Below, piece by piece: positions 28,511-36,863 of a stretch of DNA of 49,244 nt. Positions within the stretch are counted from its first letter, which is position 1. The number at the start of each line of letters is the position of its first letter. A model generated the notes under the pieces. It saw only the letters and a list, made by a program, of their open reading frames with translations. It did not search any database and had not been told where the DNA came from. The position numbers were made by a program, and so were the translations under genes. The stretch is from a virus (taxonomy: Duplodnaviria; Caudoviricetes), in the IMG/VR virus record IMGVR_UViG_3300006169_000024, positions 1 to 49,244 of that record; one strand, given 5' to 3'.

Positions 28511-29271
28511 GCCTTCGAGAAGAAGGGAGCCACCGACGACCACTCCGCTTTCAGCGTGCCGGAAGGCACACCGTGGCGCGTCTTGGCCTGCTTGCGCATT
28601 CCGGAGGATTCGGTGTGAAGGGTGCTCCAGGGAGTCTTCGATTCCATCGTGCCCTTCGATTCGGTGAACCAGACCTCATCGAAGTAAATCCCGATCTTGC
28701 CGGAGAGCTGACCACCGACCAGGGGAAGCAGTTCCTTGTCGGCGGTGACAAGGTTCTCGTCGCGCTTCACGTGAGCAGTGAACACCAGCTGGACGGGCCA
28801 CGAACACAGTTGCTCGATCACGCGCTCCATGAGACGAAGCTGGCTGCCCCAGTGTTGGACCTCGATGGGCGAATCGCCAGTCTTGCCCCCGCTGCGGAGA
28901 ACGTAGTTCATGCAGATGTTCGCCATCGTGGTGATGGAGTCGCCGCCCAGGGTTTTGAAGGGCCACTCCCCCACTTCGATCTTCGGCCACACCTGCTCGT
29001 TGAGGTACTTGATGAACCCCGGCCAGGCCTCGCCCCACGGGTAGATTCCCTCTTCGAGGGTGGCCTCCTTCTTGACCTTCACGCCGAAGGGCGCATCCTT
29101 GAACGTCTGGAATTCTACGTCCATGTCTCGCGCCGCGGCCATCCCCTTGTCGAAGTCGAGGACGAAGGGCTGCGGGCACGTTGCAAGGAAGCGTGTCTTA
29201 CGGCTCCCGCCATCCCCGACGACGAGGATTTTGGGGTAGGGGTTCGTCTTCAGATCCTTCGCGTTCGGCAT
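28507..29271 (-). CDS. AAA_24 / Sak4-like recombination ATPase
   Basis: KILVVGDGGSRKT Walker A, LDFDKG, DSIT, VFTAH, FDEVW, AKTR. Confidence 0.8.
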   Translation of the reverse strand: MPNAKDLKTNPYPKILVVGDGGSRKTRFLATCPQPFVLDFDKGMAAARDMDVEFQTFKDAPFGVKVKKEATLEEGIYPWGEAWPGFIKYLNEQVWPKIEVGEWPFKTLGGDSITTMANICMNYVLRSGGKTGDSPIEVQHWGSQLRLMERVIEQLCSWPVQLVFTAHVKRDENLVTADKELLPLVGGQLSGKIGIYFDEVWFTESKGTMESKTPWSTLHTESSGMRKQAKTRHGVPSGTLKAEWSSVAPFFSKA

Positions 29272-29434
29272 CGAGAAGCTCCACGGTGAGGCGTATATGT
29301 TTGCCCAGGAGGGGCCGGAGGAACTGGATGATGGACTGGTAGCCGTCGTCGCCCTCCACAGTGAGTTCCAGTCCAGGCCCAAGGATGGGGCCGGAGACTG
29401 TGGTGGCGCGTAAGCGCCCCTCAATCGCTGACAT
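29198..29434 (-). CDS. Hypothetical protein (78 aa)
   Basis: GGAGG RBS; collinear with neighbours. Confidence 0.45.
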   Translation of the reverse strand: MSAIEGRLRATTVSGPILGPGLELTVEGDDGYQSIIQFLRPLLGKHIRLTVELLDAEREGSEDEPLPQNPRRRGWREP

Positions 29435-29756
29435 CGAACACCTCCTGCGCGGTGCGCGGCGCGGCGCCCTCCCACGTAGGGGCGGCGAGGATCTCGCTGG
29501 TGCGGAAGATCCTGACTTCCTCCCTGTCGATCCTGACCTTCACGCCGGAGGTGGAGGCGAAGAGCACCGTGTCGCCTACGCCGACAGGGAAATCCATGTC
29601 GCCCTCTGGCTCGTCGCCGCCGACTTCCAGGACTTCGCCCAACACCAGTGACTTGTCCGAGGGCAGCCAGATCCCACCCACCGTTTCCTCCTTAAGAGGA
29701 AGGACTACGATCCGGCCCGGCATCGGGTTCCAGGTGATCTTTCCCTTGCGCTCCAT
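29421..29756 (-). CDS. groES: GroES/Cpn10 co-chaperonin
   Basis: PMPGRIVV...EETVGGIWLP...GEVLEVG...VGVGDTVLF....G...SEILA. Confidence 0.9.
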   Translation of the reverse strand: MERKGKITWNPMPGRIVVLPLKEETVGGIWLPSDKSLVLGEVLEVGGDEPEGDMDFPVGVGDTVLFASTSGVKVRIDREEVRIFRTSEILAAPTWEGAAPRTAQEVFDVSD

Positions 29757-29892
29757 CGGTGAGCACCTCGTCGTTGGAGTAGCGCTGGTCGCACTGTGGA
29801 CAGTACCAGCACCTGCTGGTGATTGACGGATAGGGCTCCAGTGCGTGTCCTACTGGGCACCGTTGGGAAAACTTGAAATTGGACTTGGGCAT
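29692..29892 (-). CDS. Small Zn-ribbon protein
   Basis: TGATG coupling; RCPVGH...WYCPQCD. Confidence 0.5.
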   Translation of the reverse strand: MPKSNFKFSQRCPVGHALEPYPSITSRCWYCPQCDQRYSNDEVLTDGAQGKDHLEPDAGPDRSPSS

Positions 29893-30128
29893 CAGGCCTC
29901 CGACAGTGGCCAGGTTGCTCCACAGAAATGGCAGTAACGCCACACTTCCTTACCGATGATCGTCTGTGCGTGCGAAGCACCAGGGAGAGCGACGGTCACG
30001 CTGTACTCGGCGCCGCAAGATTTGCATGCGACGTACTCCGTAGGGTACGGCGTCGGCGGACCCTTTTCGAAGATCTCCTTGAGCCTGGGGCTAAGCAAGT
30101 CTGAGAACTTGCCCCTGACTATGGCCAT
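29892..30128 (-). CDS. 78-aa protein: capsid N-terminus-like segment fused to a CxxC/CxxC Zn ribbon
   Basis: GGAGG RBS, TGATG coupling; MAIVRGKFSDLLSPRL...CKSC...CHFC. Confidence 0.6.
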   Translation of the reverse strand: MAIVRGKFSDLLSPRLKEIFEKGPPTPYPTEYVACKSCGAEYSVTVALPGASHAQTIIGKEVWRYCHFCGATWPLSEA

Positions 30129-30478
30129 CAGTCCTCCTTCGGCCCGATCGTGATGATTGCAGGGTTGACGGTGCCCTGCGCCTCCGGCGCGCCGCCAAAG
30201 CTGGCGTTGTGCAGCTTCCTCAGGGCTTCGCCGTGAACCCAGAAGTGGGCCAACGCTGCCACTGCCGCGCCGTACATGAAGCCGGTGATGCCCTCCGTGT
30301 CTGCCTCGTGGGAAGTCCTCTTCCAGATGTCCTCCAGCTCCACGCCGGCGGCAAGCCACTCCTCCATCAGGTTGCCCCACCGCTCGCCGTAGGCGACGAC
30401 TGCCTTGCCGTAGGCGTCTTCGCTGTTGATGGCGACGTAGTTGTCGTAAGTGGTCTGAAGCCCCTCTTTGATCTTCAT
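30128..30478 (-). CDS. Conserved-looking phage hypothetical protein (116 aa)
   Basis: GITGFMYGAAV..L..FW.HGE.LR..HN motif; RBS. Confidence 0.65.
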   Translation of the reverse strand: MKIKEGLQTTYDNYVAINSEDAYGKAVVAYGERWGNLMEEWLAAGVELEDIWKRTSHEADTEGITGFMYGAAVAALAHFWVHGEALRKLHNASFGGAPEAQGTVNPAIITIGPKED

Positions 30479-30667
30479 TCAGCCCTCCGGGTCCATGAGT
30501 GTCAGCTCCAGCTCCTCGCCGCCAGCCACGGTGATGGTGCAGCTTGCTGCGTTGGCCTGCTTGTCTACCTCTCCGATCATCGTGATACGATCCAGCCCCG
30601 GATGTTGCACGTGCTGGAGGACGTAGCGGATCTCCTCCATCAGCTTGGCGATCTGCTCTCCTTTCAT
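30479..30667 (-). CDS. Hypothetical protein (62 aa)
   Basis: ATGA coupling, GGAGG RBS. Confidence 0.5.
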   Translation of the reverse strand: MKGEQIAKLMEEIRYVLQHVQHPGLDRITMIGEVDKQANAASCTITVAGGEELELTLMDPEG

Positions 30668-31593
30668 TCGTCTACCTCCAGCGGATTCCAGGGGTTAAGA
30701 GGAAGCTGTTGCAGCGCCCGGTAGCGGAAGCTCGGGGCCTTGCTGCAGAGGTCATGGTAGCCGCACAGCCCGAACTTACGGCTGCATCCGTTGTCCCCGA
30801 AGTGGCCCACCGGGAAGGGGTAGTCGGCAGGGTCGCCACTGTGCTCCAGCCAGTTGCTGTGCCGTTCCTCCCACGCCTCGATCTCTCGCGCCAGCCTTGT
30901 GATCCAGGCATTGGTGTTGTGCGTCCACTCCAGGATTTGCTCCCTCGTGAAGGTCACGAACTGCTGCTCGAAATTGGTGCCGGACTTGATGCAGTGAATC
31001 ACGTTGATCTGCACCCCGGCAATCCGCAGCCCCGGGGCAAGCTGCTGCGCCGCCCAGGTGTAGCCCAGCATCTGGTTGGAAAGCTCGAACCCGCTGAAGT
31101 AGTTCTTATCCAGACGGCTGGTGGTCTTGTGGTCCTGCACGTAGTGCAGTCCACCGACCTCGATGATCCGGTCGATCTTCACAGCCCACGGGTGGAGGAG
31201 TCCGCCGCCCTGAATGTTGGCCGACATCTCCACCATCGGCTCCTCCGGGAAGCCCACAGTCTTGGCGAACTCAGCTGTGGGCGATGCCCCCCATTTCTGG
31301 CGGTAGCGCTGGAAGTCCAGCACGCCACGCTCCAGCGTGCGGTACTCGCCCTCCTCCTCCACACCGTGCTCCTTCCACCAGCCACGGCCAGCCATTTCGG
31401 CAAGCTCGGGGCTGCCGGTGCGGTAGTACACTTCGAGGAGCTTGTGCATCAGGCTGCCGTAGGCCAACGCGGGGCTCCGCCCGGCGCCGCGGCGATGCAG
31501 GTACATGCTGTACCAGTACTCCCGGGGGCACGCCATGTAGGCGCTGAGCGCCGTGTTGTCGAGGGGGCGCTGGATCACTGGGAGGGAAGTCAC
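30664..31593 (-). CDS. PD-(D/E)XK Cas4/RecB-like exonuclease
   Basis: ACPR..W, YGS..H, KIDRI, DHKTT, QMLGY, C-terminal CSRKFGLCGYHDLC (split Fe-S staple). Confidence 0.85.
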   Translation of the reverse strand: MTSLPVIQRPLDNTALSAYMACPREYWYSMYLHRRGAGRSPALAYGSLMHKLLEVYYRTGSPELAEMAGRGWWKEHGVEEEGEYRTLERGVLDFQRYRQKWGASPTAEFAKTVGFPEEPMVEMSANIQGGGLLHPWAVKIDRIIEVGGLHYVQDHKTTSRLDKNYFSGFELSNQMLGYTWAAQQLAPGLRIAGVQINVIHCIKSGTNFEQQFVTFTREQILEWTHNTNAWITRLAREIEAWEERHSNWLEHSGDPADYPFPVGHFGDNGCSRKFGLCGYHDLCSKAPSFRYRALQQLPLNPWNPLEVDE

Positions 31594-31878
31594 TTAGCGC
31601 CCCCTCTTGTAGCCAGCGAGAACCTCTGCCTCTTTCCTGTCCATTACCAGCCAGGTCTTCGGCCGTCGGTCGCCCGGCCAGGCGAAGTCGTCGAACTCCT
31701 CCTCGTTGTAGCAGAAGGCCGCCGCGTCGAAGGGACCGTTCTGCACTACGCAGATCACGCCCTTCCCTGCCTGGAGCGCACGCCGCGCCTCATTGAGGCT
31801 CACGGCCGTGGCTCCGTAGTACGTCATGATCTGGCCAGCCTTGTCCTGGCTGTTGGGAACTTCGATGTAGTATCCCAC
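31594..31878 (-). CDS. Hypothetical protein (94 aa)
   Basis: GAGGGA RBS directly after motif copy 6. Confidence 0.6.
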   Translation of the reverse strand: MGYYIEVPNSQDKAGQIMTYYGATAVSLNEARRALQAGKGVICVVQNGPFDAAAFCYNEEEFDDFAWPGDRRPKTWLVMDRKEAEVLAGYKRGR

Positions 31879-31888
31879 TCTCGCTTCC

Positions 31889-31909
31889 CTCTTTGCAAAT
31901 TGTAAAAAG
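31889..31909. promoter_or_regulatory. 21-bp palindromic motif, copy 6
   Basis: ctctttgcaaattgtaaaaag. Confidence 0.85.
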
Positions 31910-31924
31910 GATTGAGCGAAGCCC

Positions 31925-32134
31925 TCACCTCGCCCGGTTACCTTCCCACATGGAGCGGATCTGGGAGTCGATCACCTCCGAAACCTCGGGCATCTCCCGC
32001 GTGGCGTCGAGGAACGCAGAGAGACTGGAATTGATGAACCACTTCACGGCACCGTACTGGGGGAAGCGTCGCTTGAACTCGTCGTAGAGTTCCTGCGGAA
32101 CATCGCTCCCGAACTCGACTGTCGGGGCAGGCAT
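31925..32134 (-). CDS. Small protein, possible ribbon-helix-helix regulator (69 aa)
   Basis: GGAGG RBS; TVEFGSDVPQELYDEFKR...VKWFINSSL beta-alpha-alpha pattern; first gene after a consensus promoter. Confidence 0.5.
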   Translation of the reverse strand: MPAPTVEFGSDVPQELYDEFKRRFPQYGAVKWFINSSLSAFLDATREMPEVSEVIDSQIRSMWEGNRAR

Positions 32135-32182
32135 ACGAACCTCCGGGGTGGGGGACATGCGCGACATCGGGGGTACGCATGC

Positions 32183-32211
32183 AATATAACAGTCTGAGGA
32201 CGTTTTGTCAA
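32183..32211 (-). promoter_or_regulatory. Sigma70-type promoter with extended -10
   Basis: - strand TTGACA-N17-TATATT with TG at -15/-14. Confidence 0.8.
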
Positions 32212-32759
32212 GTCTGCCCACGCATCATGCATCGGCCAGGAGAACACACCGTTGGGCAACCAGGACACCAATCAGGCTGCGGAGCTTGCTGCTGGGCCAT
32301 GCCCATCATCTGTGAGAAGCGTGCGGCTTGCACCTGAAGCTGTTGCTGCGCAGCGCGCTGTTGTGCCATGAGCAGAAGTTCTCGTTGTAGTTGCTGCGAC
32401 ATGAATCGACAGCCGCCGACAGGACAGCCACCAGTCTGGCAGCCTACGCAGGACATGAAGCTTGGTTGAGTGGTCGCCAGCTGGCCAAGGGTGTTGATGT
32501 AGTTCTGCTGCGCAGCTTTCTCTTTTTCTCTACGCTCCCTGTCTGCGACACTCGAAGTGAGCATAGCGAACTCGTGCTCCAGCTGACGGTCCGCCGCAGT
32601 GAGGTTGTAGACCCAACGATCCTCCGGAGGAAAGTTGTAGGTTTGGGCCTGGAGGATCTTCTCCTCTGCAAGCTTCTCCGCCTGGGCGAGGCGCCGCTCG
32701 TGGTGGTCCCGGCGGAACCAGAACCACCACGCACGCACGAGGCGCCACAGCCTCCTCAC
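32208..32759 (-). CDS. Gln-rich protein with two four-Cys clusters (183 aa)
   Basis: GTGA coupling to the helicase stop; CVGCQTGGCPVGGC and CPGCPTVCSPGRC. Confidence 0.55.
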   Translation of the reverse strand: MRRLWRLVRAWWFWFRRDHHERRLAQAEKLAEEKILQAQTYNFPPEDRWVYNLTAADRQLEHEFAMLTSSVADRERREKEKAAQQNYINTLGQLATTQPSFMSCVGCQTGGCPVGGCRFMSQQLQRELLLMAQQRAAQQQLQVQAARFSQMMGMAQQQAPQPDWCPGCPTVCSPGRCMMRGQT

Positions 32760-34342
32760 CTCCGCTTCGCGGGAAGGATAACTTCGTAAAGGGTAGCCTT
32801 CGCCCGGGTGATGGCGACGTAGGCCAGGTTCTTCTCCTGCTCCTGCTGCCACGGCTGCTTCGCGTAGGGCGAAGGCATGTACTGGTTGCGCCCGTAGAGG
32901 AACACGTTGTCCCACTCCCGGCCCTTGGCCTTGTGGATGGTGGCGAGGGTGAGGTTGCGCACTCCGTCCTGGAACATGGAGGAGATCAGGTTGCGCAGCG
33001 GCTCCAGCCCGTCGTCGTCCTGGAAGTTCGTCATGAGGACGAAGAGGGTTTCCACCTTGTCCTCCGTGGCGCCGAGCTTCGCAGCCTTCTTGGGGTTCTC
33101 GTCGGCGCGTGCGCGCTCCTTCTCGAGGAACTCATCGAGCTTGGAGCGAAGCTCCTCGATGGTAGTGGCGCCGCGCCATTTCTTTGTGAGGGCGATGAGG
33201 CCCTGGCCCAGCTCACGTCCCTCTACGTGGCAGGGAATCCTGCGCTTCATGTAGCCGAAGGCTAGCTCCACGAGGGGCTTCATGTTGCGGCAGAGGATCG
33301 CGTCCTCGGCGCCGGGGGTGAGAGCCTGGAAGAGTGGAAGCTCCAACTCTACGACTGCGCCTTCCGGCGCCGACGGTGCAGCCTCAATGTGGGACACCAG
33401 CTGGCGGGCGTGCGCCACCACAGCCTTCGGGCACCTGTAGGTGACGGTAAGGGGAAGCTCCACGCAGCTGAACTCCCGGGTGATGAGATCGAGGGCGTCG
33501 CTGTCTGCGCCGGTGAATCCGTAGATCGCCTGGTGCCGGTCGCCCACAGCGACTACCCGCCCACCCGGGGCGAGGATGCGACGGACCATCTCCCGCCGCG
33601 CGGCGTTGGTGTCCTGCGCCTCGTCCACGAACACTACGGCGTACTTGTGGAAGAGGGCTCGGCGCAGCACGGGCAGATAAATCATGTCGTCGAAGTCGAT
33701 GATCTCCAGGCCTAGCTCGTTGCTGCGCGTCAGCGCCTGGAGGCACCAGGCGAGAGCGGTGTCGATGCTGGCATCGTCGGCGGGCTTGCGCTTCCACCTG
33801 TCGCCACCGTCGTCCTCGGCCAGCATGTCCTTCAGGTCGAAGTGGTCGATGATTTCCAGCCAGGGCTCGTCGTCCTCCATGTCGCAGAGGACACCGAAGA
33901 GCGACTGCTTCGCAATCGAGCAGGCCTTGGCTACGAAGGCCCGAAGGGCCTTGGGCACCCGGATCTGCTCCATCACCACGTCCATCTTGTTGGCATCCGT
34001 TCGGGCCTTCGGCGCCATGCCCTTCCAGGCACGGAGGCCCACGGAGTGGAAGGTCTTGGCCGCTACTTGCCCTTCGCTGATCCCCGCCGCGGCGAGCTTC
34101 CGGCCGATCTCGTCTGCGATGGCTCGGTTGAAGGCGAGGAACGCGCCGTTGGAGGCGACGAGTCGGGCCAGCTCCACAAGCGTCGTGGTCTTGCCGGCCC
34201 CCGCCACGGCCTCGATGGTGAGGTTGTCCCGCGATTCGCGGTAGCGTCGAAAGATTTCCTCTTGCTGTGGGGAGGGAGTGAAGCTCCGCGCCGTGGGCAC
34301 GTACTCCGGAACCTTCACGCCTCCCAAGTTGATCTTGCCCAT
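32756..34342 (-). CDS. UvrD/Rep-like superfamily 1 helicase (528 aa)
   Basis: EAVAGAGKTTT, LAFN, TFHS, VDEAQD, VGD..QAIYGF.GA, TYRCP, TIHKAKGREW, YVAITRAK. Confidence 0.92.
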   Translation of the reverse strand: MGKINLGGVKVPEYVPTARSFTPSPQQEEIFRRYRESRDNLTIEAVAGAGKTTTLVELARLVASNGAFLAFNRAIADEIGRKLAAAGISEGQVAAKTFHSVGLRAWKGMAPKARTDANKMDVVMEQIRVPKALRAFVAKACSIAKQSLFGVLCDMEDDEPWLEIIDHFDLKDMLAEDDGGDRWKRKPADDASIDTALAWCLQALTRSNELGLEIIDFDDMIYLPVLRRALFHKYAVVFVDEAQDTNAARREMVRRILAPGGRVVAVGDRHQAIYGFTGADSDALDLITREFSCVELPLTVTYRCPKAVVAHARQLVSHIEAAPSAPEGAVVELELPLFQALTPGAEDAILCRNMKPLVELAFGYMKRRIPCHVEGRELGQGLIALTKKWRGATTIEELRSKLDEFLEKERARADENPKKAAKLGATEDKVETLFVLMTNFQDDDGLEPLRNLISSMFQDGVRNLTLATIHKAKGREWDNVFLYGRNQYMPSPYAKQPWQQEQEKNLAYVAITRAKATLYEVILPAKRR

Positions 34343-34710
34343 TAGAACTCCAGGTTGAAGGTTATCTTCGACAGATCGAGGTTCATCCTGCGCTTGTCTA
34401 CGACGAACACTACTGGCTCCTCCACCGTGTACCACAGAGGCAGCGGCGGATGCCGGTAGTCACCTGCCAGGGCGAGGGCGCTGTTCCGTGCCTGGCGCCG
34501 CCGCCAGTCTGGGTGAAGCCTTTCGCGCGGCGCCGTGGCCGGAAGGTATGACGACGTAACGACAGGTATCCCCAGGATCTCGTTGTAGCGTGCCTCCTGC
34601 GAGGCAGGCACTGGTGGCAGGAACTGGTTAAGTACCTGCGGATGCATCATCAGCTCCTTGCCGATGCGAGCGTGAAGCTCCTTGAAGATTTCCTCTAGGC
34701 GTTTGTTCAT
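34342..34710 (-). CDS. Hypothetical protein with a capsid A-domain-like segment (122 aa)
   Basis: ELMMHPQV...ILGIPVVTSSYLP; GAGGAGG RBS; TAATG coupling to the helicase. Confidence 0.55.
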   Translation of the reverse strand: MNKRLEEIFKELHARIGKELMMHPQVLNQFLPPVPASQEARYNEILGIPVVTSSYLPATAPRERLHPDWRRRQARNSALALAGDYRHPPLPLWYTVEEPVVFVVDKRRMNLDLSKITFNLEF

Positions 34711-34923
34711 TCAGAGATCCTCCTCTAGCTGAGTAACTGTCCCGCAGTCGTGGGTGTCACATACCCACTCCGTGTGGACAGTGGGCTGGACGTTGGTGTA
34801 GTATACCAGTGCTAGCGTTGCGTTCTTCCGCATGGGCCGGTGACAGCCGCCGCAGATCACCCGCAGAATTTGGTTATCCGGCGGCGACTCCTCGGAGACG
34901 AAACGTCTAGGTTGCCACATCAT
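34711..34923 (-). CDS. Small Zn-finger protein
   Basis: ICGGCH...WVCDTHDCG. Confidence 0.5.
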   Translation of the reverse strand: MMWQPRRFVSEESPPDNQILRVICGGCHRPMRKNATLALVYYTNVQPTVHTEWVCDTHDCGTVTQLEEDL

Positions 34924-35491
34924 CAGGGTTCCATCCCAGGGGCACGAGATCCTCCGTGCGCGGCGTGAGCGTGAGTGCTCCCTCGATCTCGAACATCACG
35001 TAGCCTTCGGCTTCGCCCTGCTGCCATAAGTACACCAAGTCCTCCCGTGTGAGGGAGTGGTTGGGTAGGTACACCTTGTCCTCGCGCCGCTGGCGCCACG
35101 CCTGAAGGACGCCCACGCAGCTTAGCTCGTCGTCGGCAATGACCCTCGTGGAGGGCGTATCAACCAGGATCTGTACCTTCACCTCGCGCTCAACGCGCGG
35201 CACAGCAAGCACGGACGACGAGGACTCCACGACGATGTTGTAGTAGCCGTACATGGCTGCCAGTTCCGGAAACCGCTCGGCGTTCTCCGCCGCTGCGAAG
35301 AGCGCTTCGCGCACCTTGTAGGCGTGGCGCCGCGCCGAGCCCGGTGAAACTTCCCAGCGCACGCGGCCTCCGGCAGCGAGCTGTCGTATGTGAGGGAGCA
35401 TACGCTCCACTGTGATGGGACTACGGCTGAAGGCCACGCGTACCTCCCCCCCGCTGGGGCGTGGTGAGGGTAATCCGCAGCGGGAAGCCAA
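34907..35491 (-). CDS. Hypothetical protein (true start probably the GTG near 35437-35443)
   Basis: ORF track; GGGGAGG RBS before the internal GTG. Confidence 0.55.
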   Translation of the reverse strand: MASRCGLPSPRPSGGEVRVAFSRSPITVERMLPHIRQLAAGGRVRWEVSPGSARRHAYKVREALFAAAENAERFPELAAMYGYYNIVVESSSSVLAVPRVEREVKVQILVDTPSTRVIADDELSCVGVLQAWRQRREDKVYLPNHSLTREDLVYLWQQGEAEGYVMFEIEGALTLTPRTEDLVPLGWNPDDVAT

Positions 35492-35579
35492 GCTCGTCCG
35501 TCTGCAGCGTGAGGGGTCTGCCGCCGTCGGCGATGGCGCGCAGCTCCCGGGGCTCTATCTGGAGAATGATCTCTTTCAT
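35421..35579 (-). CDS. Hypothetical protein (52 aa)
   Basis: ATG immediately follows motif copy 7, same geometry as copy 2. Confidence 0.45.
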   Translation of the reverse strand: MKEIILQIEPRELRAIADGGRPLTLQTDELGFPLRITLTTPQRGGGTRGLQP

Positions 35580-35600
35580 CTTTTTGCAATTTGTAAAAAG
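35580..35600. promoter_or_regulatory. 21-bp palindromic motif, copy 7
   Basis: ctttttgcaatttgtaaaaag. Confidence 0.85.
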
Positions 35601-35601
35601 G

Positions 35602-35907
35602 TCACTTGATTTCTTCCCAGTTGAAGAGCGTTGGCTTCTCGGGCTGGAGATCTCGGGAGAAGATGAGATCACCTACTTTGTTGCATCCTTCAAGCCATAC
35701 CTCCTCGAGACCTTCACCTGTTTGAAGCTGCAGGTTATGTGCCTTGAGGATGGCATCTATCTGGTTAGCCACATCTTCAAGTTCCTCTGGCGTGTGCACT
35801 ACTACTGGCACTCGCTGCTTCGGACGAGGGCGCTGGAGCTTTGGCTTGTCCTCCCGGCGGATGAGCCCCAGGTAGTGAGGCTCTTCCTTCTTTTCGTTGT
35901 CGCTCAT
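35602..35907 (-). CDS. Hypothetical protein (101 aa)
   Basis: ATGA coupling, GAGG RBS; starts MSDNEKKEE. Confidence 0.55.
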   Translation of the reverse strand: MSDNEKKEEPHYLGLIRREDKPKLQRPRPKQRVPVVVHTPEELEDVANQIDAILKAHNLQLQTGEGLEEVWLEGCNKVGDLIFSRDLQPEKPTLFNWEEIK

Positions 35908-36215
35908 GTGAGTACCTCTCCTGCAAGGCCGATCACCCTTTCGATGGGCACCACGTAGAGGGCGCGAGCGCCTTGCCAGTCGGTGTACTCCACGGTGAGG
36001 GAGTACTTGTTGAGGTGGTGGATGGTGGCCTCGCGCTTTTTGCGCCCGTCCCGGGAGAAGTAGACCACTTGCTGGCCCGGGACGTAGCGCTGCACGGCGT
36101 CCTCGCGGAGGCTGCGCCTCCGGATGAAGCACAGGTTCTCGACTTCTCGCACGTCCTCTTCGGTGGCGCTGACGAGCAGCGCCGCGGCGATGGTGACGAG
36201 GGTTTCACGGTTCAT
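35904..36215 (-). CDS. Hypothetical protein (SH3-like beta barrel possible)
   Basis: AAGGAGG RBS; YVPGQQVVY...ATIHHLNKYSLTVE. Confidence 0.55.
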   Translation of the reverse strand: MNRETLVTIAAALLVSATEEDVREVENLCFIRRRSLREDAVQRYVPGQQVVYFSRDGRKKREATIHHLNKYSLTVEYTDWQGARALYVVPIERVIGLAGEVLT

Positions 36216-36472
36216 GGGGCCTCCTTGAGGAGCTGGGCTGCCTTGTCGTAGATAGCTGTTGCCCCGTCAGTGCCGTGGAGTTCAGTGGCGGCGACGAAGA
36301 AGGCACCAAGAACTGCTTCTGCTTTGGGTGGGCGAGGATCACGCCAGCCAAAGATTCGCTCGGTGATGGTACAACCAGCGTACTCTACCTGTCCCTTCAC
36401 AGCCCGTCGGTTGAGATCGCTGTTGATCTTCTCCTCCGGGCCTTCGTAGACGAGGATGCGAACGACTCTCAC
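36212..36472 (-). CDS. Hypothetical protein (86 aa)
   Basis: GTGA coupling, GGAGG RBS. Confidence 0.55.
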   Translation of the reverse strand: MRVVRILVYEGPEEKINSDLNRRAVKGQVEYAGCTITERIFGWRDPRPPKAEAVLGAFFVAATELHGTDGATAIYDKAAQLLKEAP

Positions 36473-36675
36473 TGGGGCCTCCGGGGGGTTGCCTTGTGGA
36501 TGATGCCCTCCGGCGGCGCCGGTAGGCTGAGGGTGTACACCGTGGAGAGCTCCTCGCGAGCTACGGAGTAGCTCTTCTCGGTGTCGAACTCCTGCACGAG
36601 GACGACGCTTGCATCGGGGTCCGACAGGACCCGGACGGGCCGACCGTTGGAAAGCATTCCTTGGATCTTGCTCAT
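36469..36675 (-). CDS. Hypothetical protein (68 aa)
   Basis: TAATG coupling; starts MSKIQG. Confidence 0.5.
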   Translation of the reverse strand: MSKIQGMLSNGRPVRVLSDPDASVVLVQEFDTEKSYSVAREELSTVYTLSLPAPPEGIIHKATPRRPQ

Positions 36676-36863
36676 TAGAGTTTCCTTTCTCTGAGTCTCT
36701 GGGCCATCTGCTCCACTACGCCCTGCGATACGGCGCAGCGGGCAACCTCGATGGCCAGGGGGTGGTGGGCGCTGCCGCCTGCGCGGGTGATCTTGTCCAT
36801 TAGCTCCCTGCCAAGGGAGTCGAGTTGCTGTGCGATCTCGTCGGCCTTGTCGCTGAGTTTCAT
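36675..36863 (-). CDS. Hypothetical protein (62 aa)
   Basis: GGGAGG RBS, ATGA coupling; starts MKLSDKA. Confidence 0.5.
   Translation of the reverse strand: MKLSDKADEIAQQLDSLGRELMDKITRAGGSAHHPLAIEVARCAVSQGVVEQMAQRLRERKL

Noticed and set aside
24394-29756. Long gene overlaps (24394-24617, 28250-28386, 29198-29271, 29692-29756) as evidence of recoding or frameshifting
   Set aside because: All are the xATG phase, where stops are scarce in GC-rich DNA. TAA, TAG and TGA all terminate well-defined genes, so the standard code fits.
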